From Selaginella moellendorffii (lineage: Eukaryota > Plantae > Lycopodiophyta), in assembly GCF_000143415.4 (NCBI RefSeq), contig NW_003314429.1, positions 141,193 to 205,192 of the forward strand: a stretch of DNA of 64,000 bases, read 5' to 3'. This document shows positions 36,174 to 49,732 of the stretch, one piece after another. A model generated the notes under the pieces. That model made no database searches. It was not told the origin of the DNA and saw only the letters and a list, made by a program, of their open reading frames with translations. How positions within the stretch are numbered: position 1 is the stretch's first letter; every line of letters begins with the position of its first letter. Both the position numbers and the translations under genes were made by a program.

Positions 36174-39100
36174 GCCCCGGGTTTAAACGAGAATATGGCG
36201 TGGCTGCTGTTTAAGTAGTTCTGACATATCATGAACCGTTGGATGAATTCTAGCACATAGACTTTTATAGGTCGGCATGTTGTCTTTGTTCAGGTACACA
36301 GAAAGCATCAGCTCGTAGATGAGATGACACAGTTTGCGACGATTTTTCCTTGGTTTGAATGGATGTCAGGACAATCTTGGTGACCACAACCATGGCAGGC
36401 CAAAAGCCATTTGACCTACATTCCCAGGAAGGGAAATGAAGGGATTGTAATGGTTAAATATATATGAACATTCCCCAATGTCCCATAGGGATTGTTAGTG
36501 TTGTCATCGGGAAACTAATCTAATGATGCATACCTATTGCAGCCAACCACAACAAAAACATCAAGAGTGCAAACACCACTGCCCTCAACCTCCAGCCAAA
36601 GCTGACCATATGTAGGTGATGTACTAGCCTTGGGGATATCCTTGCTGTGATGCTTTATTTCTTGATCATGGAATTCTTGTATAAGTTCCTCCCTCCAAAA
36701 TCTATTTGTCCTTATGAGAAATTGTTAATCCCTGTTGAAGCATAGTCACTACCGTGACTTGTGAAAGCAAGGAGTATATAAGTATTGTATCCCTATACAT
36801 GTGTGTGTCTACTGTATATTCTGTCCCAACATGGTCTTAGAGGATTAAGGGCAATTTGTAAGTGATGGGAAAGTATAGTGGATTTGAGGGATTTTTGTCT
36901 AATTGTTGAGAGGAAGCTGAAAAAGAAGAAGGTTCTTGGGTTACTCACTTGAAAGGAGCAGCCACCATCAAGGCTAAATGAAATAGATCATGGTTTAAGT
37001 AGGCTAAATTGCCAAGTCATCCTAGACATATTCAAGCATCATTAGTCTTTGGAGGAATGGCCATATAACCAATAAGCTTACTAGACTATACAAATTTATA
37101 ATTCTATATAGACTTTGAATTTAGCGAGTGTAACACATGTTTAATCCCATTACAGATAGCCAAGGGTATCCATGACATACTAGTTTGTTATGTTAATGTT
37201 GAGAAGGAAGCCTCTCAACAGCGGGAAAAACACTCTATCATACTCTAAAATCCAACTCTCTATTGTTTGAATATTCTAAGGGTATGGGCACAGGGGTATA
37301 TTCCCCATTTTTTAGGGCAGAGAGTTCACAAAGAGATATTTTTATATTTTAGAGAATCTTGCTCAACTCTAACCATCTAAAGAATGTGTTAACTCTGTTG
37401 CAGAGAACACAAGGCCTAAGTATTGGTGTAGACTCCAATATGATGCCTTGTGTTGACAACTGTTGTGAGGAAAAAAGACTAAAGAAAAACAAAGAAAAGA
37501 GAAGATGAAGAAAAAAGAAAGTGTAGAGTTCTAGAGTTAAAAGGAAACCATATGGGAGAAGTTGACAAAAGAACTAGATACTAAAACAAAAAGAGATAAA
37601 ATGGAGAAAAAACAAGTGAAAATAAGAGAAAACCTCTAAAAAAAACCTTAAACCTCTAAAAAAAACAGCATGGAAGAACAGAGTCATCAAGGATGCATCC
37701 TAGAAAAAGACCTCATTACCTCGCACTCGATTTTGTTACGGTTTAAGGTTTATTGGCAATCACTAGAATTCATGGTCGATGAAGTGAGTGACAAGCGTGG
37801 CCGCTGTGCTGTTGTTTGTACCAACATTCTCCTACTCACTTACAAGCACAGGAGCCATAAATCTTGGGATGTTGGCCAGGTTTTTAGCCTTCCAAACATT
37901 ATTCTTTTATTGTATTTATGTTTTCGAAACATGAGAAAGTATAAATCAGCAGAGAAGGTTTGGATTTCGAGTCATGAGATGGTAGGCTTATCCCAGCCGA
38001 AAACTTCCGGGTAGTGGTTGCCTATATATATCTGATGCAAGTAAAAGTTTTTTTGAGTCTTCTTAGACAAACATATCTTTCTTTTTTAGCTTAGACTTTA
38101 TTCTACTAAGGTTGAGTGGGGATTACAAATTCGAGTGGTTTCCAAAAACACAGGCAATGGGAAATTGCTACAGCAAATAGCGACATACTATATTATTGGT
38201 TAATCTAACTGGTGAATTATCTCTTTTAGCCTTTTTCTTTCCCAGCAGTATCAAGGAGGGTATTTGTAGTGCATGTAATTATGGGATGAAATTTGGATAT
38301 ACTGTCACCATGGATCCTTAGAACCTTGAGGGATAAATAGGGATAAAATAGGCACTAAGGGCTCTCTCATCAAGCAATCATCCCTTTTTCAGTTGGCTTA
38401 AGGGGAGAGAGATAAAGTGCATTACATGTGGTATCAAAGCAAATGGCATAGGTTCAATTCCCATTGATTAGTGGCTATTTATATTGATTAGTGGCTATTT
38501 AAAAGTATAATATACCCTTGAGCAAGGTATTCCTACCTGAAATCATATGTATTGAGCATCCATGCGTATGTCTTTCTTCACATCCACCGTATGACTACCA
38601 CATACGGGTGTTTCCTCACATGGAATAGTTTGTCTACACAATCGAAAGATTGGTAGATTGGATTGGATTGGAGGTGTTGGTTCCCCTTGGCTCAATAGGG
38701 GTTGTGAAGTATCCATGGACGAAAGTATCCACTCTGTGACTACCACACACGGGTGTTTCCTCACATGGACAAACTACAATCGAAAGATTGGTAGATTGGA
38801 TTGGATTGGAGGTGTTGGTTCCCCTTGGCTCAATAGGGGTTGTGAAGTATCCATGGACGAAAGTATCCACTCTGTGACTACCACACACGGGTGTTTCCTC
38901 ACATGGAATAGTTTGTCTACACAATGGAAAGATTGGTAGATTGGATTGGATTGAAGGTGCTGGTTCCCCTTGGCTCAATAGGGGTTGTGAAGTATCTATG
39001 GACAAAAGTATCCACTGTGTGACTACCACACACGGGTGTTACTTCACATGGAATAGCTTGTCTACACAATGGAAAGATTGGTAGATTGGAAAGATTGGTA

Positions 39101-40175
39101 GATTGGATTGAATTGGAGGTGTTAATTCCCCTTGGCTCAATAGGAGTTGTTAATCAAAAGTTACCAAGATACTGTAAGCGACTAAATTTTCCATTCTACT
39201 TTAGTCACTTAACCACACCTCCGACCACTTGGAGGAGTCTCATTCACAACCTCCATAAGTCCAATCCAGGACTTGGGACTTGCTAGCCCCGAGAATGGCA
39301 TCCATGCCACTCAACATTTGCACTTGGTCCAAGTGCTCCACGTGTCCGATCCCATGACCGACACTCAAAGGTACCACCGACATGCCAGCCCGTTACGCTA
39401 AGGCCATGCCCAATCACCTTTGCCACACTGGTAGTCCATTACCACTTGCATCACAGTCTTGGCTCTCCAAGACTAGGCAAACCATCCGTGAGTGGTCATC
39501 TGAGATCCACTCCTTAGCACCCTTAGGATGCCCACCGACAAGGGGAATAGCCTTCCCCAATATCCCTCTGTCAGTCCCCACTAAGTCCCTTTCTGCCCCT
39601 GGCCGTGTTTGCCAATACTGCCACTTGATCGAGACCCACAGGCCCGACCACTAAGTCCCACGGTCCTCTGGGACTTCCTCACCACACGACTGTGTCCTTG
39701 GTCACTACCCCAGAGGACTGCTCCTCTTCCTTTCCACAGTCTGGGCCTTTGGGGCAACATTTCGGAACACCGTGGCCTTACACGAGTCACCTGGGTACTC
39801 TCCTCGCCTTCTGCCCTTAGGTGCTCTAGCCATGGGCTTAGAGCGAGGTTCCGTTGAGCCACGCCTGGTATCCAAGTAGGTAGTGCCACCCACACTTGGA
39901 CTGGGAGCATCAGCCAGTCGATCTCCCGGGGGAACTAGAGCTGGCTCTTGAACACTTCACTAAGCTACCCCGCTTGTTGGTCCGTGTTCACTCTAGTCTT
40001 GGACTTCCCAATGGGCAGCTCATCACCCAACACTGGGTCCGGCCTTCCTGAGCCAAACTGGCCTTTCCTGGCCAAACTGGCTCCACTGCAGTCCTCCCCC
40101 TACTATACTTTTGGAGCTCACCAAACCCCCCAGGGTCTGGGAGACGAACGCTTTGGGCTTTCACCCTCTCAGGCT

Positions 40176-40738
40176 CCGGACTCGGACTCGGACTCGGACT
40201 CGAACTCGGACTCGGACTCGGACTCGGACTCGGGCTCGGACTCGGTCTCGGCCTCGGCCTCGGTCTCGGTCTCGGTCTCGGTCCCGATCTCGGTCTCGGT
40301 CTCGGTCTCAGTCTCGGTCCCGGTCTCGGTCTCGGTCCCGGTCTCGGTCTCGACTTCGGACTCCATCTCGGACTCCATCTCGGACTCCATCTCAGACTCC
40401 ATCTCGGACTCCATTTCGGGTCCATCTCGGGTCCACCTCGGACTCCATCTTGGACTCCATCTCGGACTCCATCTCGGGTCCATCTCGGACTCCACTTCGG
40501 ACTCCAACTCGGGTCCATCTCGGGTCCACCTCGGACTCCACTTCGGACTCCTTCTCGGACTCCATCTCGGGTCCATCTCAGACTCCACTTCGGACTCCAA
40601 CTCGGGTCCATCTCGGACTCCACTTCGGACTCCAACTCGGGTCCATCTCGGACTCCACTTCGGACTCCAACTCGGGTCCATCTCGGACTCCACCTCGGAC
40701 TCCATCTCGGACTCCATCTCGGACTCCATCTCGGACTC
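40176..40738. repeat. 6/12-bp minisatellite inside 3' LTR: (TCGGAC)n(TCGGTC)n(TCGGACTCCATC)n
   Basis: Directly visible; the equivalent array is at 46093-46622. Confidence 0.95.
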
Positions 40739-43700
40739 CCACGTGTCATGTGTTGGCCCTTTTGGGTCCCTTTTTGGAGCCTCGCCTTTTGCTCGCTTCG
40801 TGCTTGTTCCTCGAGCCCTTCGTTAGGAGTTCCACTCCCGCTCTCGACCTTTCAAGGCGGAGCTTTTGGCCCAAACGTGTTACACTCGTTTGGCTTTCGC
40901 TTCAGCCGCTACCACGTGGCACCCTTCCGGCTCCACTTTGGGGCATAGGGATTCTGTGTCTCACAACTCCACCACCCATAGACGAAGTTCGATGTCCTCA
41001 TCGAACGGTAAACCATTTTGTAAAGTAACACTCGCATGTGTTACCATTTCCATCCTTGACACCTAGCCAAGGTGTCAAACCATGCCTTCTCCATATTCGT
41101 CAATGGTTTGACATTGAAGGCTCACCATGCCTTTTGCATATGCCTCCATGGTTTGACACCAAAGGCTCACCATGCCTTGCCTATCCTCTAAGGAGGGTAG
41201 TCTCTCCAACTTAGAGACTGATTGGACCACATGTAGTGGTTCTCTCCTTTTATTGGTTTAGTTCTCGCTAAATCTCTTAGAGACCCTTCTCTAAGTCAAT
41301 CCCACTACTCCTTCTCGAGTAGTCTCAATTTCCATCTATGGAACGTTTGCACCTTGGAACTTTTACTATTTGCCTTCTGGAAGTCAATTTCCTAGGTGTC
41401 TCCAACACCTTGCATTGCACTTTTTGTGCAACTCCACTTCCCCATCTTAGGAAGTTCTTTACTTGAGGGCACCATCATCCTCTCTTCTATTTCGTGCCAC
41501 CTTGGGCACTAAGTTCCATTTATCATACTTTCTGCTAGGGCTGTCCATGGCCCTATCATTTGGCTACCTTACCGCTCCCTCCCTTGGAGCTTCCACTTTC
41601 GCCAAATCAGAGCAATTTGGAATCCATCCTTGGAAACACACTTCCTTTCCCGCAATTTGTTAGCGTCCAACACATTAGTGTTCCTCGCCTAACTTTGCCA
41701 CTTGGATTCCTTCCAAGGGATTCCACGGCCCTATCTTGGCCACTCATTTTTTGCTCCTATCCGTTGATTGTTGCACCAAGCAACACCGAATCTCTACCTC
41801 CCTCCTTGAGGTATTCTTTTGATTCCATAGCAAAGGCTCTGCTTTGCCAATACTAGGGTGTTCACCCCTAGTAAGTCTCTTTAGCATCTTCTGCTGTGGG
41901 CTTTATCCACGGCCCAACTTTGTGACCCTCCTATGGGTCTCTTTAGAGACTACTTTCCTTGGACACACTATGCCATCGCAATGACATAGCTCATTTCCCT
42001 AAGGTGCTTTACCCACTTGGTCACCTTGACCAAGCCACACCATCATCAATAGTTCAAATTAACACTTTGAACTAAGAACCTTATTCCTTAGCCCAAACAA
42101 GGACCTTGTCCTTATTTAGCCACAAGATTACCTAGTGATCTCACCTTGGCACCTTAATAGGTTTGCCAATAGGTACTAGGTCTTCAAGACCTTTAACTTG
42201 TTAACTACGACCCCGAGGGCATCCCCCACACTTGGCGGTGCGCCCAAGCCAGCCCTTCCGGCCAAGGGTCCATAGCAACTGAGACTGGGTGTCCCCATCT
42301 CATTCACCACGTCCTTGGTGCCACTTGCACCAAAGTGTTCAAGTTAGATATGCTGAGCCACACTAAGCAATCTAACCATGCATCACGACTCCGAGGCATC
42401 CCTCGCTTGGCGGTGTGCCCAAACCAGTCTCCCCATTGAGAGTCCATGACCACCGAAATATGAGTGTCCCCATATTCCAAACCATCACCACGCCCTAGTG
42501 ATTTGGAACTCGAACCCAAGCACTAGAGGGTCGGGACTCGAACCCAACCTCTGTATATGCATCTACGGACGGCATCACACTAGATGCCTGGCGTGACTCC
42601 CCACGCCGGTGCACCAACCTATCTTTAAAGCGCGCTACAGATCACAGCTTAGGAACCTAGTTCCTCCACACTACCAAGTCCTCTCACTTGACATGTCTGT
42701 GATCATGCATGGACTCCTCCATGCTCGGCCCCATGGCCCACCCTTTTTGAAGTTATCACATTCAACTAGGGTCTTTGTTCCCCCGACGTGCCAATCTCAC
42801 TTGGCAAGTCCTCCGACCATTGTAACATGGTTCCTGCATAAGCGTGAAAGTCCTTGACCATCGACTTTCGTTCAAAGCCCTCTCTTTGAACACTCGGGAA
42901 CTACTTCCCTAACCTTGATAACCTTGCCTCATGGCAAACTTCAAGACCACGCTTCTGCTGCACCACTTTGATTTCGCGCGTTCCATGAACCATTTACACT
43001 TGGCCTTTTTAGGTACTACGCTACCTAGAATCGTCTTTGGGAACCTTGAAGGAACTCTGTCCCTCAGCTTGCTAAGGCCTCCCCTTTCGCAAGCTTTATA
43101 GTTGTCATATAGTCTAACATGGACAATTCCATATTTTAGACTCTCCATGGCATCACAGTTGCTAGCAACAACATCCTCGAGCACCCTCTTGATTCTCCAC
43201 TCCCAACTTTCATAACCACTGTTGGATATGCCCTTTGATTTCTATGGTTCTGTTCCATCCCAATACTACTTACCTTTGGCTTCACACCTTTCCTTCGGTC
43301 ATTCTCCTCCAGACCAGGAGGATAGCTTTGCACTTTCTATCATGCCTTAGCAAGTATTCTTAGGGATGAACCTACCCAATAGCCCAGGGAGTGGTTCCTC
43401 AATCCGGGTATGCTCACCTTATAATCCCACACACTAGGATTACATTGTTGCTTATGGGCCTTTACATGCCCATCACTAGCCTTGCCAAAATTCCATTTTT
43501 GGCTTTGTCCAACTGGGGTAGACAGTCCTCTCCTGTCTCCGCAACCTTGGACATTTGGATAGCACCTTCTATCCATCATTCGCTAGGGACTTAGTCCCTT
43601 GGGCTTTATCCATTGCCCTCGCGACATCAAACACCACCTTCTGGTGTTCTAGAGTGTTCGGGTGTCCCCAAAAATGGCTTTCTTGACAATGAGTATTTCC

Positions 43701-46092
43701 TTTTATGACATTGACTTACTATATCGCAACATAAGCAACTTATCCCCCGTAAGGGTATATCCGACTTCCCTATGCTAGAAGTCTTGGGTAGCTACCTTCT
43801 ACCCGTTTAACCAATTATTTTGCACCTCTTGCTTAGTTGCCTCATAGTTGTCAAGTCCTACAACTCATTGCTTGGTGCTTGCACACCTCCATCATTATCT
43901 GGGTCACCGCACTCCAACTGCATGCTCTGCCGCTTAGGCTATGCCATTCCCATTTCCATTGGGATTCCTTTGGCAAGGGGTTCTCATGAACCCACCAACA
44001 TAGCCTCAAGGTATCACACCTAAGCACATTTGGTGTCTCCACACCATCGGCTCCACAAGCCTACCTCTATGACACTTCCCCTTTGTGTCTAAGTCTTTGC
44101 CAAGACCAACACCGCTCTTTCTCATGCCAACCATCCGTTAGCACTACACCATAGAGGTCACACACAACTTTGTGTCAAAGTTGTTTTCTTCTGGGAACAC
44201 CTTTCCCATAACTTTAGCATGGCACATTTTGCCATCGATGAGATACTCTCTGTTCTCATCCTTAGATCCTATGATCCCCCCCCATCCTTTGTGGGGTACA
44301 ACGCACCTCAGTCCAAATGCTTCCATCAGTCCTTTTAGGACCATCCCTTGACTCTACTTGAGTCGTCTAGCAGTTTTGGACTTGGTTAATCCACAGACCC
44401 GTAAGGTCCTACTTGTGAGGCACTAGCTCACTGGAATACACTTCTTGCATTCCTATCCTACTCAAAAGGACTATTTTCACAAGTGTTACTCCGACACTTG
44501 ATTTTGTTCTCTGGGGGCAACCTTTGCCCCTTAGGACTACTTGTCCATGTGATGAGAATACCAACTCATCCACTTAATACACCCCTAACTCCTTGGGTTC
44601 TTCTAGCATTTATTAGAGGTAGCCCCGGCTACCATTTCGAGGACTCGTGTCCTCATCCATACTTGACCTCTCACGGTCATCCATTCCGGTCTCATCTTCA
44701 TGAGCACCAGCCTCAACCATGTGAGGATAAACTTGTGACTCCTTTATTGTTTTTGGAGTCTCTATCTTCCCCGTGATCCCAACTATAGTTGTTTACCCCA
44801 ACTACATTAGCCCGTTTGCTGAGTCAAACGCTCATCCGGATCACCTCCTCAACTCAATGAGGAAAACCTTGCACTGTTCCCAAGATCCCAAAGTCGTTCC
44901 ATTATTGGCCCCTTTTTTATCCACCACCTTGTCTACAAGTTCACACATGAACTGTAATGGAGAGCCATGTCTTCCCGACCTGCTACTCCTCAAAGATAGG
45001 CCCACTTCTCGGACCTTCCGTTGCCAACACTAGTGGTGATATATTTGAGCACCAATAAAAGTCGGACTAAGGAATAGCTCCAATACCAAATTGTAAGCGA
45101 CTAAATTTTCCATTCTACTTTAGTCACTTAACCACACCTCCGACCACTTGGAGGAGTCTCATTCACAACCTCCATAAGTCCAATCCAGGACTTGGGACTT
45201 GCTAGCCCCGAGAATGGCATCCATGCCACTCAACATTTGCACTTGGTCCAAGTGCTCCACGTGTCCGATCCCATGACCGACACTCAAAGGTACCACCGAC
45301 ATGCCAGCCCGTTACGCTAAGGCCATGCCCAATCACCTTTGCCACACTGGTAGTCCATTACCACTTGCATCACAGTCTTGGCTCTCCAAGACTAGGCAAA
45401 CCATCCGTGAGTGGTCATCTGAGATCCACTCCTTAGCACCCTTAGGATGCCCACCGACAAGGGGAATAGCCTTCCCCAATATCCCTCTGTCAGTCCCCAC
45501 TAAGTCCCTTTCTGCCCCTGGCCGTGTTTGCCAATACTGCCACTTGATCGAGACCCACAGGCCCGACCACTAAGTCCCACGGTCCTCTAGGACTTCCTCA
45601 CCACACGACTGTGTCCTTGGTCACTACCCCAGAGGACTGCTCCTCTTCCTTTCCACAGTCTGGGCCTTTGGGGCAACATTTCGGAACACCGTGGCCTTAC
45701 ACGAGTCACCTGGGTACTCTCCTCGCCTTCTGCCCTTAGGTGCTCTAGCCATGGGCTTAGAGCGAGGTTCCGTTGAGCCACGCCTGGTATCCAAGTAGGT
45801 AGTGCCACCCACACTTGGACTGGGAGCATCGGCCAGTCGATCTCCCGGGGGAACTAGAGCCGGCTCTTGAACACTTCACCAAGCTACCCCGCTTGTTGGT
45901 CCGTGTTCACTCTAGTCTTGGACTTCCCAATGGGCAGCTCATCACCCAACACTGGGTCCGGCCTTCCTGGGCCAAACTGGCCTTTCCTGGCCAAATGGCT
46001 CCACTGCAATCCTCCCCCTACTATACTTTTGGAGCTCACCAAACCCCCCAGGGTCTGGGAGACGAACGCTTTGGGCTTTCACCCTCTCAGGC

Positions 46093-46211
46093 TCCGGACT
46101 CGGACTCAGACTCAGACTCGGACTCGGACTCGGACTCGGACTCGGACTCGGACTCGGACTCGGGCTCGGACTCGGTCTCGGCCTCGGCCTCGGTCTCGGT
46201 CTCGGTCCCGA

Positions 46212-46243
<32 letters not shown>

Positions 46244-46622
46244 CCGGTCTCGGTCTCGACTTTGGACTCCATCTCGGACTCCATCTCGGACTCCATCTCG
46301 GACTCCATCTCGGGTCCATCTCGGACTCCACCTCGGACTCCATCTCGGACTCCATCTCGGACTCCATCTCGGGTCCATCTCGGACTCCACTTCGGACTCC
46401 AACTCGGGTCCATCTCGGGTCCACCTCGGACTCCACTTCGGACTCCTTCTCGGACTCCATCTTGGGTCCATCTCGGACTCCACTTCGGACTCCAACTCGG
46501 GTCCATCTCGGACTCCACTTCGGACTCCAACTCGGGTCCATCTCGGACTCCACTTCGGACTCCAACTCGGGTCCATCTCGGACTCCACCTCGGACTCCAT
46601 CTCGGACTCCATCTCGGACTCC
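46093..46622. repeat. 6/12-bp minisatellite inside 5' LTR
   Basis: Same units as 40176-40738 with different copy numbers. Confidence 0.95.
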
Positions 46623-48386
46623 CACGTGTCATGTGTTGGCCCTTTTGGGTCCCTTTTTGGAGCCTCGCCTTTTGCTCGCTTCGTGCTCGTTCCTCGAGCC
46701 CTTCGTTAGGAGTTCCACTCCCGCTCTCGACCTTTCAAGGCGGAGCTTTTGGCCCAAACGTGTTACACTCGTTTGGCTTTCGCTTCAGCCACTACCACGT
46801 GGCACCCTTCCGGCTCCACTTTGGGGCATAGGGATTCTGTGTCTCACAGATACCGGATTGGTGGAAAGATTGGTAGATTGGATTGGATTAGAGGTGCTAG
46901 TTCCCCTTGGCTCAATAGGGGTTGTGAAGTATCCACGGACGAAGGTATCCACTGTGTGACTACCACACATGGGTGTTACCTCACATGCAATAGCTTGTCT
47001 ACACAATGGAAAAATTGGTAGATTGGATTGAATTGGAGGTGTTGGTTCCCCTTGGCTCAATAGGGGTTGTTAGTCAAAAGTTACCAAGATACCGGATTGG
47101 TAAATTTAGTGCAGAAATAGAGTCAATAGTTACTCTCTTGTGTAAAGTATCCACGGACGAAGGTATCTACCGTGGGACTACGGTACATGTGACTACCACA
47201 CATGGGTGTTGCCTATTGGATTGGATTGGAGGTGTTGGTTCCCTTTGGCTCAATAGGGGTTGTTAGTCAAAAGTTACCAAGATACCGGATTGGTAGATTT
47301 AATGTAGAAATGGAGGTGCTGGCTCAGTAGAGGTTGTTAGCTAATAGTTACCCACATGGAATAACTTGTCTACACAATGGAAGGATTGGTATATTGGATT
47401 GAATTAAAGGTGCTGGTTCCCCTTGGCTCAATAGGGGTTGTTAATCAAAAGTTACCAAGATACCGGATTGGTAGATTTAGTGCAGAAATGAAGGTGTTGG
47501 CTTAGTAGAGGTTGTTAGTCAATAATTACCCTCTTATGTGAACTATCCATGGACAAAGGTATTCATTGTGGGACTACGGTACATATGACTACCACACATG
47601 GGTGTTGCCTCACATGGAATAACTTGTCTACACAATGGAAGGATTAGTAGATTGGATTGAATTAAAGGTGCTGGTTCTCCTTGGCTCAGTAGAGGTTGTT
47701 AATCAATAGTTACCAAGATACTAGATTTGTAGATTTAGTGTGGAAATGGAGGTGTTAATTCCCTTTAGCTCAGTAGAAGTTGTTAGTCAATAGTTACTAA
47801 GATACCAAAGAACCACAAAGGCCCTTGGATGCCCAAATGCTCGATTTTGCTTTGGGACAAGATCATGGCATACCTACCTCAAGTGAGCAGTCGGAGTGGG
47901 GTAGGGAGTAAGAAAACTAAAAGATAATGGGAGGATAGATAGAAAGCCCACCTCTTTGTGCATACATATATATAGTGAAATCAAAAGTAACTTTGTCAAA
48001 TTGTCCAGTCTCAAAAATTTCAAATGGGGCTCTTCCATCCACTAGTTGTCCTTAGGAAAATGCACAAACACATTCAGTTTCCACAGCATCTTCAGCATTC
48101 ACTAAGCAAAGCCACTCAGATGAGGTGCACAAAATTTGTCTAAGAATCAAGTACAATCACTTGATCACCTATTCCAAAAGAATAAAAAACAGAAAAAAGA
48201 ATGAAACAAGTACAATTCGAGACATACTGCTCCAGTAAGTCTCTTAAGACATAAAGCATAAAGGATCATTTGTACTCTGCTGGGCACCTGGAGTATCTGA
48301 AGCCTGTCATGGGGAGAATAGTATGCATGACCCAGTAGCAACCTCAAATCTCTATAAATTTGCAAGTTTAGGGTTGTCATTTTAGA

Positions 48387-49254
48387 ATGGGGCGCAAGGA
48401 TTTGGCGGAGCCTGGCACCGGATGGAAGCCCTTCCCGCCGCGTTTTGGGGAATGGATTGTGAACGTCGACAAGGTGAGGTCACACCTTGGTTTGAAGCAT
48501 TCTTCTTCGTGGGTGAAGAAGCCTTTTGCGAGAATAGCAAAAGCTTGGTTGGGTTTGTCCGATTGGGATTTTGCTGTTGAGGAAGCTGCAGAGATTCTGG
48601 GAAGGGATGACCAGGGCAACAAGGCCGTCCTTATTGGGGAGGGCTTGTGTTGCCTCACAGTCGCAGAAGAAGAAGAAGTTCCCTCCACCAAGATTTACAA
48701 GGCTGGAGACAAGATCAGGCTTGTGTTTCCTTTCCTCAAGGAAGGAAGGAAGGAGGTGGAGGGGATCATCCTTTCACCCGCGTGCACCGAGAGCCCAGGG
48801 ACGATGGTGGCAGACATGGCGGTCAAGGCTTTCCCATCTTACTGCGTGGGGTGATTGGGAGCCCAAGTTGTATCGGTCCACGCGGCTGGAGGTCAACACC
48901 CTCCAGGTTCTACTCCACTGCAATATGAGGGATGAGGTTGTGGCGAGGCTCGGCTACCCGGACAATGATCGTGTGAAGGCGTGGCCGGTGGATGTGAACG
49001 CTCCTGCCTCGCATGGAGATGCTGTTATCGCGTTCTCCTGCAACGAGTTTGGGCTGAGTGGCACCAGCCTTGCAATTGGGTCGCAAGGCACGTATACCAC
49101 TTTCCCCTGGTTCGGGGTCATCCATGACAGGCTTCAGATACTCCAGGTGCCTGAGACTAGGGAGGCGTTGAAGGCATCTGGTTATCCGATCCCAGCAGAG
49201 TACGAAGGGACCACATGGCGAGAGCCAGAAGTATTTGGTTTTGATAGTGACTAA
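48387..49254 (+). pseudogene. 290-aa ORF, copy B, frameshifted
   Basis: A 5-bp deletion (TTGGA) at ~48851 relative to copy A creates TGA; otherwise near-identical. Confidence 0.75.
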
Positions 49255-49350
49255 ATCACACTAGGGGGTATGTGCATTCCTGGTTTTTACAATAAAGAAT
49301 TAATTTTTATGTACTTCGCGAGGAGCTGGCGGAGAAGCAGTGGCGGTTTA

Positions 49351-49732
49351 CAAACTCCCGGACGCAAACACGCCAGCGGGGAAAAAAGGATTGTCGTCCT
49401 CACCAGGTTTGCAATTGAGAAAAACCATGCTTCGATTCGGAGATGATTACCAAGCGAAGGAAAAAACCTAGCGATCAATCCCATGCTATGTGGGCAGTGA
49501 CGCTCGGATCGTCCGGGAATGGTGAGCTTGACCCGCTCAAACAACACGACCAACATGACAAGAACGAAAGGACATCTGGCAAGTCTCTGGCTCTTCGTCT
49601 GGCAGTCCTGGATACTTGCTGCCGCGAACCTTGACAAGCTCCGCCACCTAAGAAGGCTCCTCCCAAGAGCTCCTGGTCTTGTGCCTGCCGAGAAATTGTT
49701 GGCAACTTAACACCTTGATCCTGCTGCTGTTG
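49351..49732 (-). other. Inversion relative to copy A 12040-12398
   Basis: Reverse complement of the A segment plus 23 extra bp, with colinear flanks. Confidence 0.92.

Larger units (their letters stand above)
39173..46848 (-). mobile_element. 7.7-kb LTR retrotransposon with decayed internal region (non-autonomous, gypsy-derived)
   Basis: TG..CA LTRs 39173-40965 and 45092-46848, 5-bp TSD GATAC, degenerate PBS TGGTATTGGAGC and PPT GGGTGGTGGAG on the minus strand. No long internal ORF; faint integrase-like traces at ~41830-42210. Confidence 0.93.
38430..47790 (+). repeat. Copy-B version of the tandem repeat array, expanded and interrupted by the LTR element at 39173-46848
   Basis: Same modules as 9460-10490 with more units, on both sides of the insertion. 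Confidence 0.75.

Noticed and set aside
38520-39172. Repeat array resembling a CRISPR array
   Set aside because: The spacers are themselves repeated, there are no cas genes and the context is eukaryotic.
39948-41028. SD/RT/RS/WSPR-repeat ORFs (also 45815-46959)
   Set aside because: Products of stop-free 6/12-bp repeats inside LTRs; their frames are not conserved between the two LTRs.
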